DNA of 64,000 nt from an uncultured Burkholderiales bacterium (GCA_966211105.1 CBIHMU010000014.1:18032-82031); one strand, 5' to 3'; shown: positions 39,023-50,222, counted from the stretch's first letter. A program made the numbers and translations. Notes: a model not told the origin generated them from the sequence alone.

Positions 39023-39931
39023 TCACCCAGCCAACGTCAGCACCCCCTCCGGATACCCGGCGCACAGGAAATCCACGAAGGCCTTGACCTTCGGGCTCGC
39101 GAGGCGGCGCGAGGTGTGCAGCACCCACAGGTCGACCTCCTTGCCGCGTACCGCGCCCCACTGGACGAGTTCACCGCGCGTCAGCTGGCTCCAGACGATG
39201 GACTGAGGCAGCATCGCGACCCCCGCGCCGGCGAGCGTGGCGTCCCGCACCATCAGCATGGACGACAGCCGCAGCACCGGACGCGGCGCGAGCTTGAGCG
39301 TGCCGCCGTCGAGTTCCCACACGTCACCTTCCCGCGTGGTGCTCACGACCGCGGGCACCTCCACGGGGGGCTCGTTCGACGCCGCCTGGCGCGAGCCCGC
39401 CTTGCCTGAGGCCGGCATCGCGAACGCCGGTGCGGCGACGACCACCAGCCGGTCCTTCGCGAAGCAGCGGCCCACCAGGGTGGTGGCCATGCGCGGATTC
39501 GGCCGGATCGCCACGTCGAAGCGCTCGTCGACCAGATCCACCACACGGTCCTCCGCGACGACGTCCACCGTCACCCCGGGATGCAGCGCGCGGAAATCGG
39601 CGCACAGGCGCCCCATCGCGAGCTGCGAGAACAGCAGCGGCGCGGCGACGCGCAACTGACCGCGCACCTGGTCCGCGCCCTCGCGCGTGGACGCGAAGGC
39701 GTCGACCACCTCGTTCATCGGACCCTCGGTCCGGCTGAGCAGCAGCTGACCCGCCTCCGTCAGCTCGAGTCCCTTGGCGCTGCGCTCGATGAGGCGCACG
39801 CCGAGCTGCTCCTCCAGATCGGCGACACGCCGCGACAGGGTCGCCTTCGATCGTCGGCCGGCGCGGCTTGCGCGACCAAAGCCGCCATGCGTCGCCACCA
39901 GGTTGAAGTCCGCGAGTGCGTTCAGGTCCAT
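39023..39931 (-). CDS. LysR-family transcriptional regulator
   Basis: MDLNALADF...GGFGRASR...KATLSRRVADLEEQLGVRLIERS. Confidence 0.92.
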   Translation of the reverse strand: MDLNALADFNLVATHGGFGRASRAGRRSKATLSRRVADLEEQLGVRLIERSAKGLELTEAGQLLLSRTEGPMNEVVDAFASTREGADQVRGQLRVAAPLLFSQLAMGRLCADFRALHPGVTVDVVAEDRVVDLVDERFDVAIRPNPRMATTLVGRCFAKDRLVVVAAPAFAMPASGKAGSRQAASNEPPVEVPAVVSTTREGDVWELDGGTLKLAPRPVLRLSSMLMVRDATLAGAGVAMLPQSIVWSQLTRGELVQWGAVRGKEVDLWVLHTSRRLASPKVKAFVDFLCAGYPEGVLTLAG

Positions 39932-40036
39932 GTGTTCCACCAATGAGACAGACGGTATCGATTCTGGCGTCTTTGTTTATTGAATGCAACGGCCTATCGT
40001 TCATCCATCGCAACCCCTGATGGAAGGAACTGAACC

Positions 40037-40969
40037 ATGACCACCGTGCAAGCCCTGACCCTGAATGCCTACGGCGGCGCCGACGCCGTCACGATGTCCG
40101 CGATCGCCACCCCCGTGGCCCAGGCCGGACAGGTGCTGGTGCGCGTGCGCGCCGCGGGCCTCAACGCCCTGGACTGGAAAGTCCGCGAAGGCTACGTCCG
40201 CGACGCCTTCCCGATCGCCTTGCCCGCGGTGCTCGGCATCGAACTGGCGGGTGTCGTGGAGGCCGTCGGACCGGGCGTGTCGCGCTTCCAGGTCGGCGAC
40301 CGTGTGATGGGACCGCTCGGCGGCCTGGGCGCCTACGCCGAACGGGTGGCCGTGGACGAGGCCAACCTGGCGCCCACCCCCGCGGCGCTCGATGACCGGA
40401 CCGCCGCCTCGGTGCCTGTCGCCGCGCTGGCCGCCTGGCAGAGCCTGCACTTCGCCGGCCCGGTCTGGCCGTCGCAGCGCGTGCTGATCCACGGCGCGGC
40501 CGGCGGTCTCGGCCGCTTCGCGGTCCAGTTCGCGAAGCGCGCCGGCGCCCACGTCATCGCGACCGCCTCCGGCGACGACGTCGAAGCGATCCGCGCACTC
40601 GGGGCCGACCAGGTTATCGACTACCGGACGCAGCGCTTCGAATCCGAGGTGCGCGACATCGACCTGGTGCTCGACTACGTCGGCGGCGAGGTGCTCAACC
40701 GCAGCTGGCAGGTCCTGTCCCGCCACGGCGTCGTGGTCGGCACCTCGTCGCCGGAGATCCTCGCCAGCACGCCGTCCGGACTGCGCGGCCTGTGGTTCGT
40801 GATGAAGCCCGACGGCGCGCTGCTGGATCAGCTTGCGCAGCAGATCGCCCGAGGCGAGCTCCAGGCGAGCGTGGGCGAGGTCATTCCCTTCGCCCAACTG
40901 CCCGCCGCCATCGAGCGTCATCGACTCGGCCAGATCCGCGGCAAGGCCGTCGTCGAGGTCTCGGCCTGA
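40037..40969 (+). CDS. NADP-dependent oxidoreductase (MDR / quinone reductase-like)
   Basis: GLNALDWK, GIELAGVV, LIHGAAGGLG. Confidence 0.88.
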   Translation: MTTVQALTLNAYGGADAVTMSAIATPVAQAGQVLVRVRAAGLNALDWKVREGYVRDAFPIALPAVLGIELAGVVEAVGPGVSRFQVGDRVMGPLGGLGAYAERVAVDEANLAPTPAALDDRTAASVPVAALAAWQSLHFAGPVWPSQRVLIHGAAGGLGRFAVQFAKRAGAHVIATASGDDVEAIRALGADQVIDYRTQRFESEVRDIDLVLDYVGGEVLNRSWQVLSRHGVVVGTSSPEILASTPSGLRGLWFVMKPDGALLDQLAQQIARGELQASVGEVIPFAQLPAAIERHRLGQIRGKAVVEVSA

Positions 40970-41064
40970 ACCCGGCGCGGTGCCGACTCCGTTGTCGTTC
41001 TTCTCGCCCTTTTTTCCCTGTTCCCCTTCGTTCCCCTCACTTCCCACCCTTCCAGGAGATTTCC

Positions 41065-41934
41065 ATGAGCATCCTCGTCACCGGTGCCTCCGGCACCATC
41101 GGTTCCCTCGTTGTCCAAGGCCTGGCGCGCCACGGCGCGACCGTGAAGGCGCTGGTCCGCAAGGCCGGCAAGGCGCAGTTGCCGGCCGGCGTCGCCGAAG
41201 TCGTGGCCGACCTGTCGGACATCCCGTCGATGCGCCACGCGCTGGCTGGCGTGCGCAGCCTGTTCCTGCTCAACGCGGTCACGCCGGACGAAGTCACGCA
41301 AGCGCTCCAGACCTTGAGCCTGGCGCGCGAAGCCGGCATCGAGCGCATCGTCTACCTGTCCGTGATCCACGCGGACGAGTTCGTCGACGTGCCGCACTTC
41401 ACCGGCAAGCACACGGTGGAGCGGATGGTCGAGCACCTCGACCTGCCGGTGACCGTGCTGCGTCCGGCCTACTTCATGCAGAACGACGCGCAGGTGCAGT
41501 CGGTGGTCGAGGGCTACGGCGTCTACCCCATGCCCATCGGCGACGCGGGCGTGGCGATGATCGACACCCGCGACCTGGCGGAGGTGGCCGTCGCGCAGCT
41601 GCTGCGTCGCGACGCCGCGCCCGGACCGCTGCCGCGTGAGGTGCTCGATGTCGTCGGGCCGGAAGCGCTCACCGGCGCGTCGGCGACGGAAACCTGGAGC
41701 CGCGTGCTGCAGCGCGAGATCCGCTACGGCGGCGACGACCTGGCCGCCTTCGAGGCCCAACTGGCCCAGGCGATGCCATCCTGGATGGCCTACGACATGC
41801 GCCTGATGATGGCGCGCATCCAGCAGCAAGGGATGACGCCGGCCGCCGGCACCGTCCAGCGCCTGGAGACCTTGCTGGGTCGACCGTTGCGGCGCTACGA
41901 AGCGCTGGTCAGGGAGCTCGCCGGCGCGCGTTGA
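41065..41934 (+). CDS. NmrA-like atypical SDR NAD(P)-binding protein
   Basis: ILVTGASGTIG, HFTGKH, LRPAYFMQN; AGGAG RBS. Confidence 0.85.
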   Translation: MSILVTGASGTIGSLVVQGLARHGATVKALVRKAGKAQLPAGVAEVVADLSDIPSMRHALAGVRSLFLLNAVTPDEVTQALQTLSLAREAGIERIVYLSVIHADEFVDVPHFTGKHTVERMVEHLDLPVTVLRPAYFMQNDAQVQSVVEGYGVYPMPIGDAGVAMIDTRDLAEVAVAQLLRRDAAPGPLPREVLDVVGPEALTGASATETWSRVLQREIRYGGDDLAAFEAQLAQAMPSWMAYDMRLMMARIQQQGMTPAAGTVQRLETLLGRPLRRYEALVRELAGAR

Positions 41935-41994
41935 TCGCCGGCTGTGGAGCCCAGGTGCCTGGGTCTGAGGAAGGATGGACGGAAGGCCGGTTCT

Positions 41995-42354
41995 TCAGAA
42001 TCGGATCTTCCCCGTCCAGATGTCCTTGTACATGACCCAGTCGCCCATGAAGCTGTACAGCGGGCGCTTGAACGACGCGGGCTTGTTCTTCTCGAAGCCG
42101 AAGTGCCCGATCCACGCGAACGCGTAGCCGCACAGCAGGCCGACGAGCAGGAAGCTCCAGGTCTGCGTCGCCAGCGCGTAGGCCAGGCACAGCAGCCCCA
42201 GCGTCGAGCCGACGAAATGCAGCCGCCGGCAGGTGCGATGGCGGTGCTCGCCGAGGTAGAACGGATAGAACTCGGCGAAGCTGCGCATCGACTTCACGCG
42301 GTCGACGCCCGCCGCCGGGTCCTCGGGCGCGTGGGGCAGGGGGCTGGTGCTCAT
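41995..42354 (-). CDS. DUF962 / Mpo1-like membrane protein
   Basis: FYPFYLGEH..RRLHFVG, WIGHFGFEKNKPASF. Confidence 0.85.
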   Translation of the reverse strand: MSTSPLPHAPEDPAAGVDRVKSMRSFAEFYPFYLGEHRHRTCRRLHFVGSTLGLLCLAYALATQTWSFLLVGLLCGYAFAWIGHFGFEKNKPASFKRPLYSFMGDWVMYKDIWTGKIRF

Positions 42355-42417
42355 GAGGGTCTCCTGAAGCGGCCCTCGCGGGACCGTCTGCTGGGCTGAG
42401 GGCTCACCGTACGGCGC

Positions 42418-43275
42418 TCAGCCGAGCGCCGCCTTCAAGGCATTCAACATCCCCTCCGGCGCCTCGGTCATCAGTGAATGCCCGGCCGGCAGGGTCTGCA
42501 CGCGGGCGCCCAGCATCCCGGCCAGCTGCTTGGCGGCCTTCGGCGGCGTCATCGCGTCCTTTGCGCCGAGGATCATCTCCGTCCGGATGCCCGCCGCGGT
42601 CACGGTCGCGGCGGCCTCCGGCGCGCCCTGGTAGCGATCGCAGACCAGGAAGTCGTGTTCGAAGAGATTGCCGTGCCCGCTGTAACCGTCCTGCATGCGT
42701 TCCATCAGCGCCAGGTTGCCGCCGTGCATCCACGCGCCCGGACCCGGATACGACGGCTTGCCGCCCGTCGTCGAATGCGAGAACGCATTGATCATCGCCA
42801 TCGCCGCCCGCGGCCGTTCGCGCGCGGTGCTCAACAGCGCGTCCGACACCTTCATCGGCCAGGCCGTGCCGACCATCACCAGCCGCGCGACGCGTGCCGG
42901 ACGCCGCGCCGCCGCCTCGAGCGCGATCAGCGAGCCCATTGAATGTCCGACCAGGGACACGGCGCCTCCCGCGCTTCCCGCGCTTCCCGTGCCCTGCGCG
43001 GCGAAGCCGGCGGCGTCGATCAGATCGTTGAGCCAATCGCCGAGCGCTCCCACGTCATCGAGCGCAGGGCCTTCGCTGCGCCCATGTCCCGGCAGGTCGA
43101 CCGCCAGCACGCCGTGCCCGTGATGGGCGAAGTGGCGCGCCAGCAGCGTCCACACGCTGTGGTCGTGCAGCGCGCCGTGGACGAAGACGACGCAGGGCAG
43201 GGCCGCGTCGAAACGCTTGCCGCCGGTGTACGCATAGGCCGCGCGGCCTTGGATGCTGAGCTGCTTCGCACTCAT
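42418..43275 (-). CDS. Alpha/beta hydrolase
   Basis: FVHGA, DLPGHG, GHSMG; ATG overlaps the upstream TGA. Confidence 0.88.
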   Translation of the reverse strand: MSAKQLSIQGRAAYAYTGGKRFDAALPCVVFVHGALHDHSVWTLLARHFAHHGHGVLAVDLPGHGRSEGPALDDVGALGDWLNDLIDAAGFAAQGTGSAGSAGGAVSLVGHSMGSLIALEAAARRPARVARLVMVGTAWPMKVSDALLSTARERPRAAMAMINAFSHSTTGGKPSYPGPGAWMHGGNLALMERMQDGYSGHGNLFEHDFLVCDRYQGAPEAAATVTAAGIRTEMILGAKDAMTPPKAAKQLAGMLGARVQTLPAGHSLMTEAPEGMLNALKAALG

Positions 43276-44585
43276 TTGGACGCCACCTTCAATGCAGACT
43301 TCAGATCGGCGATCAGATCGTCGGGGTCCTCCAGACCGATCGACAGACGGATCGTCCCCGCGCGGATGCCGGACGCCGCCAGCGCCGCGTCGTCCATCCG
43401 GAAGTGCGTCGTCGACGCCGGATGGATCACCAGCGAGCGCGCATCGCCCACGTTGGCCAGGTGCGAGAACAGCCGCAGCGATTCGATGAAGCGCCGGCCA
43501 GGTTCGCGACCGCCCTTCAGGTCGAAGCTGAACACCGCGCCGCTGCCCTTGGGCAGCAGCCGCTGCGCCAGCGCATGGTCGCGATGCGAGGCCAGCCCCG
43601 GATAGTTCACGCGCTCGACGATGTCCTGCGCCTCGAGGAATTCGGCGATCCGCTGCGCGTTGCTGACGTGGCGCTGCATCCGCAGCGGCAGCGTCTCGAT
43701 GCCCTGCAGGATCAGCCACGCGGTGTGCGGGCTCATGCAGGCGCCGAAGTCGCGCAGGCCCTCGCGCCGCGCGCGCAGCAGGAAGGCGCCCACCGTGCTT
43801 TCCTCCGAGAACACCATGCCGTGGAAGCCGTCGTACGGCTCGCAGAGTTCGGCGAAACGGCGACGGTCGCCGCTGGCGGCATGCGCGCGATCCCAGTCGA
43901 AACGTCCGCCGTCGACCAGCAGTCCGCCCACGACGGTCCCGTGACCGCACAGGAACTTGGTGGCCGAGTGGTAGACCAGGTCCGCCCCCAGCGCGATCGG
44001 CTGCTGCAGGTAGGGCGTGGCGAAGGTCGCGTCGACCAGCAGCGGCCGATGCGCCTCATGGGCGATCGCTGCGATGGCCGGGATGTCGAGCACGTCCAGA
44101 CCGGGGTTGCCCAGGCTCTCGCCCAGCAGCAGCTTGGTCTGCGGCCGGATCGCCGCGCGCCAGGCGTCCAGGTCGCCGGGCCGCACGAAGGTCGTCTCGA
44201 TGCCGAAGCGCTTGAGCGTGTAGTGCAGCAGGTTGTGCGAGCCGCCGTACAGCGCGCTCGACGCCACGATGTGATCGCCGGCCGCGGCGAGGGTCGCGAT
44301 CGCGAGGTGCAGCGCCGCCTGGCCGCTGGCCGTGGCCAGGCCGCCGATGCCGCCGTCCAGCGCGGCGATGCGTTCTTCCAGCACCGCGGTCGTCGGGTTC
44401 GACAGGCGCGAGTAGACGTGTCCGCTGCGCTCCATGTTGAACAGGCCCGCGGCCTGCTCGGCGCTCTCGAACACGAACGAGGTCGTCAGATGCAGCGGCA
44501 CGGCGCGTGCGCCGGTGGTGGGATCGGGCGCGGCCCCGGCGTGTAGCGCCAAGGTATCAAAGCCCGGGTCGGATGGACCTGACAT
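43272..44585 (-). CDS. metY: O-acetylhomoserine aminocarboxypropyltransferase / trans-sulfuration family PLP enzyme
   Basis: YSRLSNPT, ASGQAA, HSATKFLCGHG, LANVGDARSLVIHPASTTH. Confidence 0.85.
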   Translation of the reverse strand: MSGPSDPGFDTLALHAGAAPDPTTGARAVPLHLTTSFVFESAEQAAGLFNMERSGHVYSRLSNPTTAVLEERIAALDGGIGGLATASGQAALHLAIATLAAAGDHIVASSALYGGSHNLLHYTLKRFGIETTFVRPGDLDAWRAAIRPQTKLLLGESLGNPGLDVLDIPAIAAIAHEAHRPLLVDATFATPYLQQPIALGADLVYHSATKFLCGHGTVVGGLLVDGGRFDWDRAHAASGDRRRFAELCEPYDGFHGMVFSEESTVGAFLLRARREGLRDFGACMSPHTAWLILQGIETLPLRMQRHVSNAQRIAEFLEAQDIVERVNYPGLASHRDHALAQRLLPKGSGAVFSFDLKGGREPGRRFIESLRLFSHLANVGDARSLVIHPASTTHFRMDDAALAASGIRAGTIRLSIGLEDPDDLIADLKSALKVASK

Positions 44586-44674
44586 GGGTGTCTCCTGCTT
44601 GTTATGGTGTCCAGTCGTGTCTGGCGCCGGGCATTGTGTGCTATGTTGCCAGCCAAGCTTTTTCTCATGCGGCC

Positions 44675-45130
44675 ATGAAAGTTTCCGACATCCTGCGCGT
44701 CAAGGGCAGCACGCTCTTCACCGTCTCTCCCGACACCCCGCTGGCGCAGGCCGCCGAGACCATGGCCGAGCGCGACATCGGCTCGCTGGTGGTGATGGAG
44801 TTCGGCGACCTGGTGGGCATGCTCACCTTCCGCGAGGTCATCCAGGCCGTGGTCGGCAACGGCGGCAGCGTCGGGACCCGGCTGGTGCGCAGCGTCATGG
44901 ACGACGCGCCGCTGACCTGCACGCCCGAGACCGAGATCGACGAGGTCCGCCGCATGATGCTGGGCCGTCACGCGCGCTACATGCCGGTGCTCAACGGCCG
45001 GCAGCTGATGGGCGTGATCTCGTTCTACGACGTCGCCAAGACGGTCGTCGACGCGCAGGACTTCGAGAACCGCATGCTCAAGGCCTACATCCGCGACTGG
45101 CCCGCCGAGGACGGCGCGAACGCCGCTTGA
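44675..45130 (+). CDS. CBS-domain pair protein
   Basis: IGSLVV, GMLTFRE, RYMPV, GVISFYD. Confidence 0.88.
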   Translation: MKVSDILRVKGSTLFTVSPDTPLAQAAETMAERDIGSLVVMEFGDLVGMLTFREVIQAVVGNGGSVGTRLVRSVMDDAPLTCTPETEIDEVRRMMLGRHARYMPVLNGRQLMGVISFYDVAKTVVDAQDFENRMLKAYIRDWPAEDGANAA

Positions 45131-45157
45131 TGACGCCCTGACCGCCCCCACGTGAAA

Positions 45158-45182
45158 AAGCGCCCCGGTCTCCCGGGGCGCT
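45158..45182. terminator. Bidirectional terminator between the CBS and PRC-barrel genes
   Basis: AGCGCCCCGG-TCTC-CCGGGGCGCT, flanked by an A run and CTT. Confidence 0.75.
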
Positions 45183-45231
45183 CTTCATTGCAGGATCGAT
45201 GGCCCCGGCCCGAAAGCCAGGGCCGGGGTTC

Positions 45232-45573
45232 TTACATCCAGGCCACGCCGTAGTAGTCGTAGACCTTGCGGCCGTATTCATCGGAGTACTCGGGACGGTC
45301 GGTCTGCGCATAGCGCGGCGCCTTCTCGAGCTGGTCCTCGCGCAGCGGCACGACATAGCCGTCCAGGCTGGTGTCGTACTTCAGCATGTTCCAGGGAATC
45401 GGATACCGGTCGGTGCCGATGCCCATGAATCCGCCGAACTCGAGGGCCGCGTAACGGACCAGGCCAGAGCGCTTGTCGATGACGAGGTTGTCGATCGAGC
45501 CGAGCTTGTCGCCGTTGCCGTTGTAGACCTTGGTGCCTTCGACGCGGTCGGAAGCGATGGTGGTGCTTGCCAT
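45232..45573 (-). CDS. PRC-barrel domain protein
   Basis: VEGTKVYN..GDKLGSI..LVIDKRSG..YAALEFGGFMGIG..PIPW. Confidence 0.9.
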   Translation of the reverse strand: MASTTIASDRVEGTKVYNGNGDKLGSIDNLVIDKRSGLVRYAALEFGGFMGIGTDRYPIPWNMLKYDTSLDGYVVPLREDQLEKAPRYAQTDRPEYSDEYGRKVYDYYGVAWM

Positions 45574-45609
45574 GAGGGTCTCCTGGTGGGTTGGGATAAG
45601 AGCTTCCAG

Positions 45610-45624
45610 GCAATCGCCGTGCCG
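45610..45624 (-). promoter_or_regulatory. Sigma-54 -24/-12 promoter (PRC-barrel gene)
   Basis: CGGCACGGCGATTGC(C), 37 bp upstream of ATG. Confidence 0.75.
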
Positions 45625-45660
45625 CCGTCGACGTTGTCGGCACGCGTCGTCGGCTCACGT

Positions 45661-45705
45661 CTTCCGCACGCCTCTTCCGCACGCCTCTTCCGCAGGCCTC
45701 TTCCG
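45661..45705. repeat. 13-bp tandem repeat (~3.5 copies)
   Basis: CTTCCGCACGCCT x2, CTTCCGCAGGCCT, CTTCCG. Confidence 0.85.
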
Positions 45706-45799
45706 AAAACAGGCGGCGGGCGGGACTTTCCCTTGCCTCGACAAAGAAAATCCCTGCCCCTTCCGTTTCCCCCGCCGCGCCTGTCCGCGGCCACCTCGC

Positions 45800-46714
45800 A
45801 TGCCCAAGCTGCCCCACGCCGTCCAGGAAGCCATCGACATCGTCAGCGAGGCCGCGCAGAGCTGGAGCGACGACAACGCGCCCAGCATGGGCGCGGCGCT
45901 GGCCTACTACACGCTGTTCTCGATCGCGCCGCTGCTGCTGATCGTCATCAGCGTGGCGGGCCTGGTGTTCGGCGAGCAGGCCGCGCGCGGCGAGGTCATG
46001 GAGCAGCTCTCCGGCCTGCTCGGCACCGACGGCGCCATGGCGGTGGAGGACCTGCTCAAGCGCGTCAACCGGCCGGAAGAGGGCGGCTGGGCCGCCGCGA
46101 TCGGCACGGTCGTGCTGCTGGTGGGCGCGACCTCGGTGTTCGCCGAGCTGCAGAACTCGCTGAACCGGATCTGGAAGGCGCCGACGGCACCCAGCGCGCC
46201 GGTCTGGCAGGGCCTGGTGACCTTGCTGCGCAAGCGTCTGCTGTCGCTGGGCCTGATCCTCGGCCTGGGCTTCCTGTCGATGATCTCGATGGTGGCCAGC
46301 GCCGCGCTCGCCGCGATCAGCAAGTGGTGGACGCCGTGGCTGGGCACCGAGTTCGTCCTGCTCGCCCAGATCCTGAACGGCACGCTGGCCTATGCGCTGA
46401 TCACCGTGATGTTCGCCGTCATCTACAAGTGGGTGCCCGACGTCCCCGTGCGCTGGCGCGACGTCTGGGTCGGCGCGCTGATCACCTCGGCGCTGTTCAG
46501 CCTGGGCAAGACCTTGATCGGCCTGTACATCGGCCGCAGCGGCGTGAGCTCCGCCTACGGCGCCGCGGCGTCGCTGGTCGTGATGATGCTGTGGGTCTAC
46601 TACTCGACGCAGGTGTTCCTGATGGGCGCCGAACTCAGCTGGGCCTTCGCCAAGCGCCACAGCCTGCGGGAGCAGGCCGTCGCGACCGTGGCGCGGACGC
46701 TCGGGCCGCACTGA
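45800..46714 (+). CDS. YihY/BrkB family membrane protein
   Basis: MGAALAYYTLFSIAP, ATSVFAELQNSLNRIW, YGAAASLVV. Confidence 0.88.
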   Translation: MPKLPHAVQEAIDIVSEAAQSWSDDNAPSMGAALAYYTLFSIAPLLLIVISVAGLVFGEQAARGEVMEQLSGLLGTDGAMAVEDLLKRVNRPEEGGWAAAIGTVVLLVGATSVFAELQNSLNRIWKAPTAPSAPVWQGLVTLLRKRLLSLGLILGLGFLSMISMVASAALAAISKWWTPWLGTEFVLLAQILNGTLAYALITVMFAVIYKWVPDVPVRWRDVWVGALITSALFSLGKTLIGLYIGRSGVSSAYGAAASLVVMMLWVYYSTQVFLMGAELSWAFAKRHSLREQAVATVARTLGPH

Positions 46715-46776
46715 CGCACCCGTGAGACGCTAGCGGACGATCACCCGGCAGCCCGCACCGATCCTCGTTTTTCGTC

Positions 46777-46791
46777 CGGCATGTCGCTTGC
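46777..46791 (+). promoter_or_regulatory. Sigma-54 promoter (GT9-like gene)
   Basis: CGGCATGTCGCTTGC(C); ATG is 13 bp after the -12 C. Confidence 0.7.
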
Positions 46792-46803
46792 CGGCAAAGC
46801 GCC

Positions 46804-47877
46804 ATGATCGCGACGTCCCTCGAGCAGCGCGCCCCTGCGCCCAGCCTTCCCGAGCTGGAAGCGGCGAGCGCGCCCCTGCGCGACGGGCCGCTGCCCGTCG
46901 ACGCGCACGCGCTGGCCGAGGAGCGCCATCGCCGCTGGTGCAACGTGCGCCGCGTGCTGTTGATCCGGCTGGACGGTGTCGCGGGCGTGCTGGCGTCGAC
47001 GGCGTCGTTCGCGGCGGTGCACGAGACGATGCCGTGGACGCAGCTGACCCTGCTGGCGGCGCCCGAGGCGCTCGCGCTGCGGCCGCATCTGCAGGCGGTG
47101 GACGACGTCATGACCTTCAACGCGCCGTGGACCGCCGCCGGCGCCGCCGTGCTGAACGCCGAACCGCCGAGCATGCGCGGCGACGCCGAGATGCACCTGG
47201 TGCGCAAGCTGCGCCGCAGCCACTTCGACGCCGCGGTGCTGTTCACCGCCGCCGCGCAGAGCGCGCTGCCTGCCGCGGTGCTGTGCCGCATGGCGGGCAT
47301 TCCGCTGACGCTGGCCCATGTGCGCGAGCCGGCCCACGGCCTGCTCAGCGATGAACTCCTGGTCGGCGATGAACGGGCCGACGACGGCCAGGACGACACG
47401 CGCCGCCAGCTGGCGCTGGTGGCGCATGTCGGCATGCACACCGCCGACGAACGACCGCGCCTGCGGCTGCTGCCCAAGGACAGCCACCACATGCGGAACG
47501 TCTTGCAGCAAGCCGGCTTGCGCTTTGGTCAGCGCTACGTGCTGGTCTGTCCGGGCGGCGGCGCCAGGCGGCACTGCCCGCCCGCGGTCTTCGCGGCCGC
47601 GGCGGACGTGTTGCTCGACGCCTGGGCCGACGACACGGCCGTGGTGCTGTGCGCGGTGCCCGGCGAGGAGGCGGCCCTGGCCGAACTTCGCGCGGCCATG
47701 CCGTCGCGGGGGCAGGTCTTGCCTCCGGTCGCGTCGATCGGGGAGTTGGCCGCCCTGGCCGCCGGCGCCCGCGTGGTCGTGGCCACAGACGATCTGCCCC
47801 TGACCATCGCGGCCGCCTCCCGCGTGCCGGCGGTGCTGCCCGGCGATGCGTTGCGCCGGGAGATGAACATCGGCTGA
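46804..47877 (+). CDS. GT9 (heptosyltransferase-like) family protein, apparently degenerate
   Basis: RRVLLIRLD, FDAAVLFT..QSALPAA..AGIPL, YVLVCPG; catalytic GD and DxGxxH motifs altered. Confidence 0.75.
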   Translation: MIATSLEQRAPAPSLPELEAASAPLRDGPLPVDAHALAEERHRRWCNVRRVLLIRLDGVAGVLASTASFAAVHETMPWTQLTLLAAPEALALRPHLQAVDDVMTFNAPWTAAGAAVLNAEPPSMRGDAEMHLVRKLRRSHFDAAVLFTAAAQSALPAAVLCRMAGIPLTLAHVREPAHGLLSDELLVGDERADDGQDDTRRQLALVAHVGMHTADERPRLRLLPKDSHHMRNVLQQAGLRFGQRYVLVCPGGGARRHCPPAVFAAAADVLLDAWADDTAVVLCAVPGEEAALAELRAAMPSRGQVLPPVASIGELAALAAGARVVVATDDLPLTIAAASRVPAVLPGDALRREMNIG

Positions 47878-47984
47878 GCCTCCGGAGCCGGCGAGGCTGC
47901 TGGCGTCGACGATGCGATATCGCCCGCAATACCAGTCCGCAGTGTCCCTGAGACCGGTGCGAAATCGTCACTGAACGTTCGTCC

Positions 47985-47999
47985 GGGCACGGTGCTTGC
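47985..47999 (+). promoter_or_regulatory. Sigma-54 promoter (small secreted protein)
   Basis: GGGCACGGTGCTTGC(C), 92 bp upstream of ATG. Confidence 0.7.
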
Positions 48000-48090
48000 C
48001 TCCGTTGCCAGCCGCGCGTGAACGCTCGGCAGACGCGCGGGCCGGACGGATGTCCGGACGCGCTCCCGTTGCCATCACAGGAGGTATTTC

Positions 48091-48438
48091 ATGCACCTGC
48101 ACAAGCTCGCCTGGGCGATGCCGCTGTTGCTGGCCGCCAGCGCGGCCCACGCGGAGAGCTCCGGCAGTTTCCTGGAGGGTGCCAAGCTCGCGGCGCTGGT
48201 CCGTCCGGAGGCCGCGGGCCCGGCGAACGGCCCTGTCCACCACGCTCCCGCTGGCGTCCGGTCTGTCCCGCAGGGCCAGACGCCGTCGGCGACCGCCTCT
48301 CCGCCGGCGAGTCCGTCCTCCGTCACCGACACGGACATCGAGCCCTCCGGGGCGTCGTTCGAGATCCGCAACTTCTTCACCCTGGTCGTCGCACTGGCCT
48401 TGGTGGGATGGGTCCAGCGCCGCCGCCGGGATGCGTGA
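48091..48438 (+). CDS. Small exported Pro/Ser/Thr-rich protein with PEP-CTERM-like C-terminal anchor
   Basis: AGGAGG RBS; signal peptide ending AHA; C-terminus TLVVALALVGWVQRRRRDA. Confidence 0.65.
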   Translation: MHLHKLAWAMPLLLAASAAHAESSGSFLEGAKLAALVRPEAAGPANGPVHHAPAGVRSVPQGQTPSATASPPASPSSVTDTDIEPSGASFEIRNFFTLVVALALVGWVQRRRRDA

Positions 48439-48725
48439 GTCCGACGCCTTCCAACCTCCCCTCCGGCGGTTCCGCGACCGCCTCCCGGCACCGGCGTGGT
48501 CTTCGGACCGCAGCCGGTGTCCTTTTGTGGGGCATGTTGTTCGTATGTCGTCTGTCAATGGACGCGCATCGACCATCAATCGCCGGAATATTTTTCAAAT
48601 CGAATCCCCAAGGGGCTGGCAAGCGGGCCGCTTGCTGCAAGAATGAGTTAACCGAGATCGGCGGCCCTAGTTCACGAAGCGCTGACTCAAAGAAGTGAAT
48701 ACCTCCCACAACGAAGGATGACCCG

Positions 48726-50222
<1,497 letters not shown>

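Noticed and set aside
48617-48635. Sigma-54-like TGGCAAGCGGGCCGC upstream of the bEBP
   Set aside because: The -12 element is poor (CCGC); better seen as an inverted repeat GCAAGCGG-G-CCGCTTGC of unknown role; not counted among the promoter sites.
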